Below are positions 26,699-40,639 of a DNA stretch of 64,000 nucleotides, piece after piece. The stretch spans positions 15,130,001-15,194,000 of the forward strand of contig NC_045697.1 of the NCBI RefSeq assembly GCF_009834535.1. Reading direction: 5' to 3'. Positions within the stretch are counted from its first letter, which is position 1. Every line of letters starts with the position of its first letter. Under the pieces are notes generated by a model that was not told the DNA's origin, did no database searches, and saw only the letters and a program-made list of their open reading frames with translations. A program made the translations under genes and the position numbers. Origin of the DNA: Camelus ferus (taxonomy: Eukaryota).

Positions 26699-29600
26699 AT
26701 TCTTCATGGTTAGTCAAATCCAATTTATCTGTCATGATGGTTTTCCACATATCAAAATCAGCCCTGTACTCTGGTGATTCCCCATCGTCCTGTCTTTCTC
26801 CTCAATTTCCAGAAGAATGTATCACCTAGGTTGCTGAATTGGGACAGTAATTTGTAGTCAACAGCTCTAGAAATGTGGACATATATGATGATCTATCACT
26901 AAATAAAAAAGGAAGAGTCAAGGGGCTTGGAGAATAGAAATATCATGTTACCTTGGTGTTATTGAATAAGACAATTAAAAAGTACAAATAACTTTGATTC
27001 AGCTTGGATTAAACTCATAGTGAAATCTTAGGCTACGCATTTCAATAAGAAATGATGAGGCAGTAGAAGACTGTTGACCCAGGTACTTTAGACACACAGA
27101 GCACTAGACGACTCACCTTGCTCAGAAAGGAAAGGCAGGGTAAGAATACATACACAAAGTTACACACCTTAAGTTTAATTTGCTCATCATAGAAAAGCGA
27201 ATGTCTAAGTCTGTTTTCTAAACTGAGAAAAGAGCTTTCCTGTGATATTCAGAAGTCTGTTTAAATAGTCTCCCAAGAACTATTAATGTATAAACCCTAA
27301 GACCATGAATCTTTGTTATAGGAAAACAAACTAAAATTCAGGTTTGGTATAAAGAATTGTATCAATTCATTTTAAGATATATGTTGTGTTTACTATAAGA
27401 GGGTCAATTTTATCACCAATTTGTGATCATTGCTCTTTGACAATGATCTTTTTATAATCACAATCTGATTAACATCCAGTATATGTAAAGTGTGCATTCT
27501 CATAGTATTTTAGAGACTGAATCGAATTAAGAAATGAAAGAAGTTAAGTCAAACTTGTCAAAGGAAACAATCCTAGTTAGGAAGTGACAGAGCAAGGACT
27601 TGAACCCATGTTAGCCTGGATCAAAATGGCATTCTTAATAAACTACTTTACGCTTGGGTTTGCTATGTATTTTTTTTTCACCCCCTCTTGATTCCACAAA
27701 ATTTTAAAGTGCCCTAAAATTTATGTCAAATATATATTACAATAAAAATTTTCTGTAATTGCCTTTAATATAAAATATAAACTTTAAAAGCTATCTTCAA
27801 GGTTTGAAAATGGAATCAATGTTTCAAAAAGGACAATTTTTCACACTTACAGCTTTCAGATTGTTTCATCTCTATTTTTCTCAAAATAATTTAGACAAAA
27901 TTATTTACAGAATAGTTGTAAGAAAGTATAGGGAAAATTTATATGGAAAAATTTGCTTGCCAAAGACATATATGACAGCTTATAATTGTTTCAAATGAAT
28001 CTCTATATTATAAAAGAACTAACGTTTCCATGAAATAAATGAATTACATCTGCATGGAAACCTCCCACTGCTACTCACATCATTATGACCTGTGAAAAAA
28101 ACTATACTTGTTAAAATACGGTTGTGTCCAAAAATGTTTTTCTTTTTGTCTTGACTGGCTCCTTTGAAGTAGATCCTTTATGTCAAAGCCAATTTTGTTT
28201 CTCTCATTAAAATCTAACTAGCATTATGACAAAGGAGAAAAAAAAAAAAAAGAACAGACAAAAATCTCAAACAAAAGTATCCAATGGTTGATTCACAGCA
28301 AAAGCAAAAATGGTATCTACAAGGAAGCAGGGATTTCTGATTTAATTTGCTTTCATAGTCATTCAGTCATTAAACAGTTTTAATCTCTGCATATGGGTTT
28401 AGTCCAAGAGTGTCTAAAATTATAGATGACATTGCATACACTTGAGTAACCACAGTTAAGCAAATTTTCAAATACTCAAGGCTATATATGTATATAATAT
28501 CACTCATGTTATATATAATATATACATCATATACACACATACATATATACACATTCATATACACAAGTTTTCACATACATGGTAATACTTTTTAAATGAT
28601 TAAATATTTACATATATACACTAAGCAATTATACAAAATCATTATATTCTATAGAAGTGATGCTTGAGCTACTTGAAGCAAAGAAGTATTTTCACAGACC
28701 TACCATTCTTCCTTCCTTACTCCTTCCTTCTCTCCCATCTTCCTTCACTCTACTTTCTATCCATTTCTTCCTTCTTTCGTTCCACAAAAAATTATTAATC
28801 ATATCACATACACTGGGAACTGGTACGTATCTGAGGTCCAATGGTGAATAATTACAGAGGGACCCTACCTTCATGAAGCTTTCATTGTACTGGATGTACA
28901 TTTGTTTAAAGATAAAAATCACAGGGTTTGAAACCAGATAGACTTTCATTCAAATCATTATGATATCACGTATGCACCTTCAGGAAATTACTTAAGTTCA
29001 CTGTTAAACTCATCATATATCTTGTGGATTAAATAAAATAAGGAATGAATAGAGTGGAGAATCTGACATATAGCAGATACTCAACAAGTGTTACATATCT
29101 GTTTTCCTTACACACATTTAAACAGTAATTTACTATTAAATCCGAGCTTCACTGTTGCAGGTTTGCAAATAGCCAAAAAAAAAAAAAAAAAAAAAAGGAA
29201 AGAAAATATGCTCAGAGTTTTACATTGCTCTAAAATAAACATTTTAATCAGACGAGGTACATAAGGAACAGTGACTGAAAAATTATGTTGGCTATTACCA
29301 AAGAGAGAGAGAGATTTGAGTGGCAACAACAAAGAAAGGCAGCATAGAAAATAAATTAGCCCATGCGGGCATCAATGTGACAGTTTAAAAGGTGACCAGT
29401 ACATCCATTCTTGTTCACACAAGTAAGATCATTCTGTAATACAGTTTTGTAACATTCTGAATCTCAATTTTATTTTCACCACTTTTATGTAGGAGATGCT
29501 TTCATTCACTGGGAAGGCAGCTATATCAAGTAGGCCTCCAACCAAGGTGGGCAATACTCTTTGTTTCCATGAAATAAATTAATACATGAAAAGGTAGATG

Positions 29601-30071
29601 GGCTGGAGACAGAAGTAGGTCTGCAGCTACAGTAGAATGATGGAAGCAATTAACAGAATGGATTGTCATACCAGGAAATTACTACCCAGGGACACATTGA
29701 ATATTCCAGAAATCCACGGCATGCCCTGCTTCTCCCTCATCTTGAGAAATCCTTCCTCACTGGGATGGAGTGGATGATTCTAAGTGAGATTTGAAAGCAG
29801 TGAGCTAGAACAGAATCCAGCCTTCTTTACCTCTTAAGCCTCATCACTGCTTGCTATAAAATTCTAGAAACTCTAACTCAATCCAGACTGTCACCCTATT
29901 ATCTTAGTTTTAAATGGACCATTTTACAAAAGCAATGGACAAGGATAGGTACCAATCTGTTGGTTAGAAGAAAAGCACTTTGAAAACTCTGGTTGTTAAA
30001 ATGTAAAATCAACCCCAATTTAAAGGCACCTTAGAGAAAACTAATGTTTTTTCTCCATAAATAAGAAACTC

Positions 30072-30205
30072 TTTTTTTTTTTACATTTTTTATTGAGTTA
30101 TAGTCATTTTACAATGTTGTGTCAAATTCCAGTGTAGAGCACAATTTTTCGGTTATACATGAATACACATATATTCATTGTCACATTTCTTTTTGCTGTG
30201 AGCTC
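30072..30205 (-). mobile_element. Young L1 3' end
   Basis: Poly-T, then ttttattgagttatagtcattttacaatgttgtgtcaaattccagtgtagagcac, the reverse complement of the L1 tail at 8983-9095. Confidence 0.85.
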
Positions 30206-32128
30206 AAGTGGAATATTGAAATGCCATTATTGTATCTAATAAAAATATTAAGGAAAAGGCAGATGATTTTGCAGAGTCGTACAAAAATGATAGTTTCAAT
30301 GTGTCTTTGTTGTCCAACCAACCACTACACAGGAGGGGGCACCCCCTGACTGGGACAGTCCTGTGTTGCAGATGGTTGTTCCAAACAGTTAGGTCAGGCC
30401 CTTGAGCATGAAAAACAAACAGTTAATTCCACTCACACTGATTCCATGTTTGCCGGGCAAATTTCTTGAGTATGAGTTGGCTCCCTATGTGTATGTTCTA
30501 CCGTGCAGAAAGGAGACAAGGTTGATGGAAAACTGTGATATCTGACAACTATATTTCTCACTGTAAAGTAAGAAATTGGTATTCCACCCTGTCTTCCTTA
30601 GTCTCCTGAGAGTTTTCTGAATATGAATCAGAATCCCCAAGTCCAGCTGAGAAGATGAAACTGAGGTACGTGAGACTTAGGGCCAAACACAAACACACTG
30701 GTAGGTTTGCCAAGATAATGGTGTACAAATCATTCCTCAAAGCACTGAGGGACACACAAATATACATCCAGGCTTAATTCCTCCTCTCAAGTTGTTTTCA
30801 AACCCAAGAGAGAGAGGCTGTTAATAAGACACCACTAAACCTCCAATCATGTGAGGTTAGGGTCTGACTTTAATAGTAAACATTTTGCAGAACTATGCAC
30901 ATTAAAGTTGATGATAAATCTAATAATGACTATGATCATTAAATTACACAATGTTATATATCAAATATATCTGAATTTCTTTTCAAGTAAAGGAAATATA
31001 TATTTTTTCCCTCTTCAGAGAGGGCCATTCAAATCCTTATTTAAAGTAATTTTGCAGACTATATTTTTTTTTACTATTTAGCATCAACATAAGGTAGTTC
31101 AACTTAGGAGAAATTCCAGAATGGTCAGAAAATTCTATCTCACAAGTCAAAACAGTTTTACATTTTGAAAGGAACGTCACCAACAAAGAGAAGACAAACA
31201 GTGCCTTTAAGAGATGGCTTTTTTAATGGGCCCGAGAGCAAAACTAAATGAAATAAACATAGAGCTACAGAAAAGAGACAGATTTTTAAATAAGTTCTAG
31301 AAGGATCTTCTGAGGAAAAAAAAGAAAAGAAAAAGCAGAAATTTTGAATAATATGATTCATAAAAGAAGACTTTAAATTTTGTCATAGCACAAGAATCAC
31401 AAGTAAAAACAAGGAAAAATAGAAGGGATTGTTTCTTTCATCTTACGAGACAAGTTCTTCCCTTGAAATAAGATATCAGTAGAATTTCAAGGACAGTGGG
31501 CAGATTTCAGGGAGCTGTAGCCATTCTCCACTCTGAGGTTCTTTGTCTTTATAACTGTTGATCTTCACAAAATTGAAGATTTAAAAAAAAATGAGGTTAT
31601 TGTTCCATGGGATAATGCAGGTTTTCAAAATGAAGTAAAAGCCACCAAAAATAACTGCTATCTTAAATGGGTCATTTTAAATAAAAATGACTGGCTACTG
31701 GGCAGGGCATAAAAATCGTAAAGAAAGCTTTGCTCTGTAGATTTGAAATTCACCTACTTTTGTGAGTCTGCATTCTCAAACATGGAGAACAGTTTTATTA
31801 TACAGGTCAACAGAAAGACTCACAAAAAATAGAACTGACAGAGCATCAAATCTCCTAAGGGAGAAGGACTTTCTAAGCTTTGAAGTACAAGGAAGAAAAG
31901 CACAAAGAAAAAGATGAATAATTGTGGGAAAACAGTAAATATACTTGTGTTGCAAAAAAAAAAAAAAAAAAAAAAAAAGAAAGAAAATGTGACAAAGGTA
32001 AATAATCACTGTGTAAAAATGCAAAAAAGGAAACATCAAGTATGTTCACCATAAAAAGAGCTTGTACAAATTACTAAGAAAAGTTCTAATACCCTAATAA
32101 ATAAATTGGCAATATTTTGCCAATTTAT

Positions 32129-32534
32129 TGTATTATCTTGCTAGAGGTGCCATAACAAAACACTAAAGACTGGATGGCTTAAGGAGCAGAAATGTACTGT
32201 CTCCCAGTCCCGGAAGCCAGAAGACTGAGACCAAAGTGCTAGCAGGTTTGGTTTCTCCTGCGACCCCTCTCCTTTGCTTACAGAAGGCCGCCTTCTTCCC
32301 AAGTCCTCACATGATTCTCTCTTGGTCTTTCTGTTGTCTGTGTCTGAATCTCTTTGCATAAGGGCTCCAGTCATACTGAATTAAGGCCCATCCATATGAC
32401 CTCATTTTCCCTTATTATCTCTTTAAAGGTCCTACCTCCAAATACAGTTCCATTCTGAGGTTCTGGGGGTTAGGACTTCAATACAGGAATTTGAGGAGGG
32501 GGTGTGGGGGCGGGATACAACTCAGCTCATAACA
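32129..32534 (-). mobile_element. MaLR LTR (MLT1A-C class)
   Basis: TG...CA bounded: gccataacaaaacac...ggatggcttaa...ctccaaatacag...ttctgggggttaggacttcaa...cataaca. Confidence 0.9.
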
Positions 32535-32559
32535 GATAGAAGCAGTTAAAAAATCATCT

Positions 32560-33240
32560 AAAAACATTAAAAAGTTACCCTTGCTAATAAGTAAAGGAAT
32601 GTTAATTAAAGGTAAAATATGATTCTATTTTTTGCCAAACAAGTAATGATTTAAAAAAAAAAATTTAAATGCTGTTAGTGTTTTTAAAGCTGGCAGGGAT
32701 TCAGTTCAGTGAGGACTCTGAATGCTATGACAGGAACCGTAAACTGGCAAATGGTTTCAGAAAGCGAATTTTCAATATAGATGAGGAATATAAAAAATAT
32801 TAAGCTCTCAATATGGATCAATGTAACCAAGAAAACGATAATAAAAATATACCTGGAGAGCAGCATAGTTACCTCTGGGAGAGATCTGCACTGAAATACG
32901 ATCCATCTGAGCATTCTTCACAATACCAAAATTATCTGAAACAATTTATACGCTCACAATGGGGAGACTCTTCTGTAAAATCTATCCTTGATGAGATGGT
33001 ATACAGCTACAAAAATGATATTTATGAAGACCATGAAAACCATAAAATCGCTAAAATTTTATTTTCAAAAAATAAAGCAGGATGCAAGGAATATGTTCAG
33101 TAGGTGCATGGAATAAAAGGAGGCAGGAAATAAACCTAAAATACTTTAGGTAATAGAAGTAAAGTTTCATTTGTTTTTCCTTTCTGGTATTACATATTTT
33201 TAATTTTCAAAATGCAACATGTATTCATTTCTATAATTTA
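32560..33240 (+). mobile_element. Old L1M(E) fragments
   Basis: Degenerate L1 3' region motifs: gtaaactggcaaatggtttcagaaagc, tatctgaaacaatttatacg, tatacagctacaaaaatgata, catgtattcatttctataatttaaaa. Confidence 0.6.
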
Positions 33241-33956
33241 AAATAATCCCTTCAATTTAAGTAAAATTGGATTGAATTTGCAGAAGTTCAGTTACAATCC
33301 TATCAAGTTTAGATTAACTTGTCAGTTGCTTAAGTAAACACTATGTGTGTTTTAACCAATTGTTACGTTGATACGAGTGATACTTTTGCTTATGACCCAT
33401 TGCCAACCCCTCCTTAATTTTGCCCCCATCACTATAGACATAATAAAGTGAAAAAAGATCACTCTATGAAAAAAATCAAGGATTCCTATCACAAGGACTT
33501 AAGAATCATTAGTTGATCAAGCTCACCTTCCAGGGAGCTCTGATGATCACTCCCTATTCAGTCTGTCAATCTGACAATGCCCATTGCATTGGCCTGAGGG
33601 TCAGAGCCTTGTTCTGTAAACTCTGAAGGCATCTCAATAACAGGGGGCTCAGCATCTGCTGGCTTTCTCTGTGACTACCAGGGACATACACAGCAAGTTA
33701 TGGCAAGTGCCAGCGTAAGGGAAGGGTATGGAATACTGCACCATCAGAACTAGTGGAAAAGTTTACTTTACTCTTTGGTACAATATAGAGATTCGAAGCA
33801 CACACAATCTGAAGTTCATGAAGAGCCACAGATTTTAAACTCTGGGCAATCAATTGACCATCAAAAATATCAGGACTCAAACTATTTTCATTAATTTGGT
33901 ATCAGTGTTAATCAACACTCTAATTTTCCTATTAGAGTAGAAATAAGAAACATAAC

Positions 33957-34389
33957 TGTAACAAGTTGGATAGTGTCCTCCCCAAAACATATGTATCCCT
34001 GGAACCTGAGAACGTAACTATATTTGGAAATAGTCTTTGCAGATGTAATCAAGGTAAGGACCAAGGTGAGATCATACTGGAGTAGACAAGAGCATCTTTT
34101 TAAGAAACAGAAAAGGACACGTGGACACACAGGAAGAAAAAAAAAAACCAACACGTGAAGACAGAGAGATTGGAGTTATGCTGCCACAAACCAAGGACCA
34201 CTAGGAGCCACTAGAAGCTGGAAGAGGCAAGAAAGGATTCTCCCCTGCAGCCTTCAGAGAAATCCTTGCCTTGCCTGAACCTTGATTTTGGGACTTCTAG
34301 CCTGCAAAACTGAAGGAAAATACATGTCTGCTGTGTTAAGTTACCTACTTTGTAGTAATTTGCTATGGAAGATCCAGGAAATGAATACA
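33957..34389 (+). mobile_element. MaLR LTR (MLT1C/D class)
   Basis: ggaacctgagaacgtaactatatttggaaatagtctttgcagatgtaat...agaagctggaagaggcaagaaaggattctcccct...aggaaatgaataca. Confidence 0.92.
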
Positions 34390-37300
34390 GTGGTTTACAG
34401 AGAGAAAAATGCCACATTTCACCAAAACTCTCTCGTTAAATATTGAGGACAGAGCTGTGTGATGGAAAGAGCACAGAAAGAGCTGGAGTGAAGGGCACTG
34501 CTTCCAGGAAGCTATCTACCAGGCAATCAAGTTCGCCTCTCCAAACTGGAGTTAACCAACTCCAGCAGACAGACTGTCGATCACACAGCATCACAGACAA
34601 GATGAAATGAGATGATTATGTAATAAGCACTTGAACTACAAAGTGGACAGAAATATTGATTTTCATTGCTGCTGTCAATGGTTCACAGCAAATGTCAACT
34701 TTGCACTAGATGTGTATTTATGAAGTATGAAAATTGAAAATATGAAACAAATTTACACAAGTACATGTTTAGTTTGCCTTTCAGTTCCTTCTCTATTACA
34801 GAATCTCTCTTTTTTTTTTTTTGCCTGAAGGGTGGGCTTATCGCCTGAAGACTGAATTGGGCCCTGATATAAATCATTTATCACATAGACAGATGAATTA
34901 CTAGGGGTATTTCAGAAGGGGAGTAACCAGGGCTAGTTATTTTGAGAGTTGTTGTGCTGTCATTAACAATCATTTGTTGTACTCTTAGTCATCTGAACTG
35001 GAATAAGAAAATTAATAGATGACCCTGACTGTGGTGAGACAGTATTAGCATTGGTGATGGAAAAAAAAAAGTTAGCAACAAAGAATCCTGCTGTTCACAT
35101 CCAGATCCGGGGTCTTTACAGCATCCTGTGTATTTGAGAAGAGCATCAGATGGATGGTATCAAAAGCAAGAAAGCTGATTACAGTTAGTTCAGCAATAAC
35201 CACAGTTCAATACTACTTTTAAAAAATGCAAGAGATTAAATGACTCAATTCTTTAACAGCTGAGGTGTGCTATTCAGAAAATTAAATTTACAACTCTTGA
35301 TTGTGAATCACTTTATGCAATAAACATATCAACCAGGCAAATGACTTCAAACACAGTCTCTCAGAATTGATGTGATCCAAACATGTTTTCAAAACTAAAT
35401 GGAGGATATGATCTAGGCTCCTGGTGTTCCTGTTTTCTTTCCCATCAGAGCAGAAAGCAAGTCTCGTTCCTCTTTGTTCATTCCCAATGGGAAGTCAATG
35501 GTGAACCTAATGGATGATGAGGAATCAATGACATTACTATCAAGACAATCAGACAGCAATTTCTCCAAAGCCCTTCTCTTCAAGGACCATTTTGTCAAGA
35601 TCAGGTCATGAGCTCTGGGAATCTTTGTTGGCCTTCAGTGAAAGTTTACTTTGACTTTGATGGCTGTCATTGCTCTCCTGCTGTCCTTGAGGTTCAAATG
35701 GAGGACCAATACGGCAAGGGCTAATTCCTCACTGCTCTGACCTTTACTGACCTCTCCCCACTAGACACCACCCTGAGACATGCAAGTGGGTGGTAATTAT
35801 AATGAAAAAGAACTTGACCACCCCTAGAGTTTCTCTCCATCCCCACCCAGTAGTTCAGACCTTCACCCACTCTTGGATAGGTCATTGCAATATTCACCTA
35901 ATGATAGCCTTCATCATTTGACTTCTTTGACTTCTGCTTCCTTTTACACTTACATCGCCCACCAGGGACCTCCCGCATGCTATGTTGCCATCACAGTGAG
36001 GGCCTGGGTCCGCTCACCCCTCCAGACCCTTGACAAGAGAGAACAGTAGGGCATGCCTGCTTGGAATACAAGATTCTTCCTGAACCCCCCGTCCTTGCTG
36101 GATTTCCTGCTCTTCCCTATTGCCCCCTTTGAGAACACCTCCCATCACTTCCTATTTCATAGTCAGAGTCTAAGTTTCCTGAAGCAAAACTATGTCTTCT
36201 AGCCTGATACCCCATCTATCTAGGCATAAAATCAGCACAAAGTGTCTAAAACAGTTTTTAATGAGCCAATGGAATTAAAACCAGTTTATTTCCTTTTTCA
36301 TTATAGTCATTAAGTTGTTTAAATCCTTCATGCTTCATTCTTTCTTGAGTATAAAATTATTGTTTATGACAGAATTGTTTAAGAATTAAATGATACAGAG
36401 CACACAAATACATGTCATAAACTCTAAAATATATTATAAATGAAAGGATTATGACCATCATTTTCATTTAAAGAAATTCTATAGGCTTACCAAAGTACAC
36501 CCAATTCATGGATACTAATATGGAAGTAGGCACAGAAATCACCTCACAGGGTGTGTTTCCATCAAATTTCCATCAAATTCTGATGGAAACACATATTCCA
36601 GGGCCACACGACCCAATTCAACCAAGGAAATGAGGAGAGAAAGAAGTGGAAAAAAAGAGGTATGATGCTAACATGAAGGGGAATTGTCACAGTGATTTCA
36701 GAGCCCAGAGATCTTCCCCATCCTGCTCGGAGCTGACACCAGCACACCTGTTCCTCCTAACCTCCAGGTCTGGGGCCGTGCCGGGAATCTGGGTGCAGTG
36801 ACTGAGGCTGGTGATGGGCTGACTTGCAAATAAGTGAGGCATTGGCAGCCTCTGAGAATAGTGGCTAATTATAAATACGTTTTCAAAACAAATGCTTCCA
36901 TATACTCGGCATTGACAAGGGCCAAGTATTAAGTATTAAAACTATACGTTTTATACACAGTTTTTGCATCTAATCTTGCACACCTGTGACGTGCAAGATT
37001 GAGTCAGAAACATCCGGTGGTCCTGAGAAGGCTAATAATCTACTACCCTTTCAAATTGCATTTTCCAAATGCCCAGCACTGATGTATATTAGAAATGTGA
37101 GCAGAAGAACAGAGAAGGCAGATCGCTGATGTTAGCACTCCATTCCTTCTATAAGGCCACAAATCATTCAGCCTCGGTCTCAAATGTGCAGTCCCAGTAA
37201 GCAAATAAACTCAGCTAATTGGAGTCACCCCACCTCCTAGTCAGAAAAGACTGCAGGCATCTTGCTCCCTAAGGCTGCCCCTTGGTACAGAGTAAGGGGT

Positions 37301-37584
37301 CCTCTCCTCTACCCCAGAGCGAATGACAGAGGACACTTTCTGGATGGCAGTTCTGGGGCACACACTGCATTTCACTTTCCTTATGTCTCTACCTCTGGCT
37401 GGTTGATTACCCAGGCTTTGCAAACTGAACGGAACCTGATCTAATCCAGCCTCCACAGGGGCCAGGCTGAACAGAGGGGCTGTGAGTGGAGACACCAGGA
37501 GGAAGCCCTCAGCCAAATCCAGGGTGCAAGATGTCTTCCCGAACACACATCAAGTTTCTCAAGCAAATCAAAGGCCTGAATAAA

Positions 37585-37912
37585 ACGGAAAAGGGAACTA
37601 GTGTTCTATGTTAAAAGAGACTTGGAAAACATAACAGCCAAATACAATAAAAGGACATTGTTTAGGCGCTGATGTGACAAACACACATGAGGTTTATGTA
37701 TAAAGATGTTTTCAGTCGGAGATGCTTATATAAGGATGTAAAGAAGATAAGAATTATTTTAAAAAGTGCTTACCCCACAAATAAATTAATAGATGAAACA
37801 TAATCACAAAGTGTTGATAATCGTGGAAGCTAGGTGAAGGGTACATGAGGTTTATTATACAATTCACTTTCTTTTGTTTATGTTTGAAATTTTCATTGTA
37901 AAAAGCTTTAAG
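37585..37912 (+). mobile_element. L1M 3'UTR fragments
   Basis: ttaaaagagacttggaaaacataacagccaaat...gaagctaggtgaagggtacatgaggtttattatac...gtttgaaattttcattgtaaaaag. Confidence 0.7.
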
Positions 37913-40054
37913 AAAAGTAAATGAACTGATTATTTTTTAATCTCAAAAAGGGACATCTCGCATCTGCCAGGTAATGTGTGCAAGATTTCTTACGGTAACT
38001 AGAATACACAAATCCACTTAAATTCATATGAAATCATAATTAGGTTGCACATGGGGAGAGAAAAACCAAGTAGAGCCACGAGGATAAGAAGCCTTAGGGA
38101 GAAAGACTATTAACATAACATCAGATGGAACAATCAATAATTATGTGCATAATCACAATATGAAAAGATGTTCATGAACTCCAGGTAAGAGAAGTTCAAG
38201 GAAAAGGTGGCAATACTACTAAAATTATGTGTGGCATAATCCTCTTCGTCCCTCGGGACCCATCTGAAAAGCTACTGGCTGCTGCCAGCTCCCCGAGGCT
38301 GTTAGCTGCTCCTTCATCGGAGAGTCTACAAGACTACTCATGCTTTTCTGGGGTTTTTTTCTCCCACCAACCAAAAATTTAAAAGAAAGGGATATTGACT
38401 AGCACAAACCTTGAAATGTGGTCCAAGTATATGCTTAGGAGATATCAGCGGAAGGAGGGGATGGATAAATGGATGGGTGGATGGGTGGGTGGGTAACAGA
38501 GAAGGAAAGAAGGGAGGGAGAGAGGGAAGAAGTGCTATTCCTTCCTGGGAAGAAAAACCAAAGGGGTCAGATTGTGGAGACTCATACTGAAGAGAAGACT
38601 TCATTTAAATAATCCAAAACCAATTAGAATCAAATACATAACTTTCCTTAGTAGCCTATTACCAGGGATTTGTTTTGTTTTGTTTTGTTTTAGCTAGACT
38701 AAATCCACACATTCTCTTTGTGCAAGCAATTCATCAAATATGCCAGGCTGGAAACAGCTGAGATTTTTTATCTCTTGCTGAGAATAGAAAGAAACTTTTC
38801 ATTGAGCTATCACACGCACAGTTATTTTTATTTGACTCTCAGTTGAAACCCCCCTGCTGCATAGCATATTGAATACTTTATTGACCATAAAATGCGCTGC
38901 TGCAATTAGAGATTTCAATTTTTTTTTCCTAAGCATTTTGTCTTTCTAGAGGCATTTGGAGACTCATTCCTGTTTATCAGTTTTTCAAAGATGTTTGCAA
39001 TTTAGCAAAACTGAACCAGAAATTTAGTTAAATATCTGGCATCTTTGAATGAGGGTTTCCAAGATCTGCAATTAAACAGTGCAGGGTAGTGTGGGGAAGC
39101 TCCTGATACTTAACATAACCTACAAAGATCTTTCACACTAGCTAAGATCCTTGGGGGACAGAAAAAAAGTACATTATGGAAATCAGAAGCAAATCCACTT
39201 AAGAGACTGCTTTATAAATCATTCAGTTTTGCCAAAGTCTCTGGATGCAGAAGATGCTAGTTATCCTCAAGTTATTTTAGAGGCAATCACTTCTATTTAG
39301 TATCACCAAATAAAATAACATGGACCTTGTGGCAGCCGCCACGTTTAAACAGCATAAGCTGCCTGATCTTATGCATGATGCCCAGAGTTTGGAACTAGAA
39401 ACTGACCGTGCAAAAAACTCTGTATTCTGCAAGTCAAAGGGCTGGACCCATACATTTTGCCAGTAAATATTAATTGAATGAATAAAAGGAAAGAGGATCC
39501 TCTCTGGCCTAAGGAATGTGCCTTGGCTATTTCTGGCAGGCTAACAGCAAGTCAGGGTGGAATGCCTGAGTTGAGCTGGAATGAAGCGTATGCCATTTAA
39601 ATCTTCCATTGTACATTTCCCTCCTTGTGTCCTCAGCCAGGTTAGTGGGGGAGCCTGGACTTGTCTCCAGGTGTTGTTTCCTGTAGGTTACACAGCTGCC
39701 TTTTAGGGAAACTTCTTACTGAAGCATCATGTCTTTTCTGAAACTAGAGTCAAGGTCATGCCCCCAAACCACCTGGGTCTATACCTCTGATGACATTCTT
39801 ATGAGGTGGGATAGGTGACTGCTACCTCAGAGCTGCCTGATCCACTCTCAGCATCTTCCCTGTACCTTCTGACCCCCTCCCTCCTCCTCCTGCCGTAGCC
39901 ATTGGGAAATAGGTAGAGACTCAAAGAGCCTCAGGTTTGTTGTACTGAAAATCTGTGCAAGCATTGTGAGTGCTGGTGATGTAGCAATGAACAAAACAGA
40001 GTGTTCCCTCTTCTCAGGGACCTTGCATTCTAATGACTGAAAACGATACTCTAT

Positions 40055-40200
40055 CAGAATAAAGTTTCAGTTGTGTGAGATGAGTAAGTTACACAGATCT
40101 GCTGTACAACACAGTGCCTGTAGTTAACAATACTGTATTGTACACTCAGAAGTTTGTTAAGAGGGTACATATCATGTTAAGTGTTCTTAGCACAATAAAA
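40055..40200 (+). mobile_element. L1MA9-like 3' end
   Basis: aaagtttcagtt...agatctgctgtacaacacagtgcctgtagttaacaatactgtattgtacact...taagtgttcttagcacaataaaa. Confidence 0.88.
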
Positions 40201-40339
40201 CAAAGGCATACATAAAAGAAATTAATTAAATCCAATCAAATGAGCATGCAGCGATGGTTTGCGACTTTCTGCAGCCAGCATCTTATAGAACACTCCACGC
40301 GTAGCTTTTTTTTTTTCTTTGATTTTTTTCAATAACATT

Positions 40340-40633
40340 TCTTTCAGGTCTCTGCCCAACTGTCATCTTATAAGGGAAGCTTCGTTAGTCAACTTATAAA
40401 ATATACCCCTCCTGCCTCATCATTTTTCCACTCCTCTATAACTATCACTCTTACTTTGCCTTATATTTCTACCGAGCCCTTAGTACTGACATAGGTTGAT
40501 TTATTTATTAGTTTATTATCTGTCTTCCCTTGCTAGAACATAAACTGCTTCAGGACAGGCAACTCAGTTAATTCAGTACTGAGTATCTGGTACACAATAA
40601 GGGCTCGATGAATATTTGCCGAATGAATGAATG
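40340..40633 (+). mobile_element. L2 3' end
   Basis: tatctgtcttcccttgctagaacataaactgcttcaggacagg...ctcgatgaatatttgccgaatgaatgaatg. Confidence 0.8.
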
Positions 40634-40639
40634 CACGCA

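Noticed and set aside
30601..30671. Plus-strand exon-like segment ttag|tctcctgag...ctgag|gtacgt
   Set aside because: All three frames contain stops from this acceptor, and it is opposite to the inferred host strand.
33527..33928. Minus-strand AG...GT bounded segment including DPQANAMG, reminiscent of the integrase HPQxNG motif
   Set aside because: No frame I traced stays open across the segment and no other integrase motifs flank it; likely chance.
35449..35611. Plus-strand acceptor followed by an open frame (AESKSRSSLF...)
   Set aside because: No convincing donor, the frame ends in a stop, and the peptide is not recognisable.
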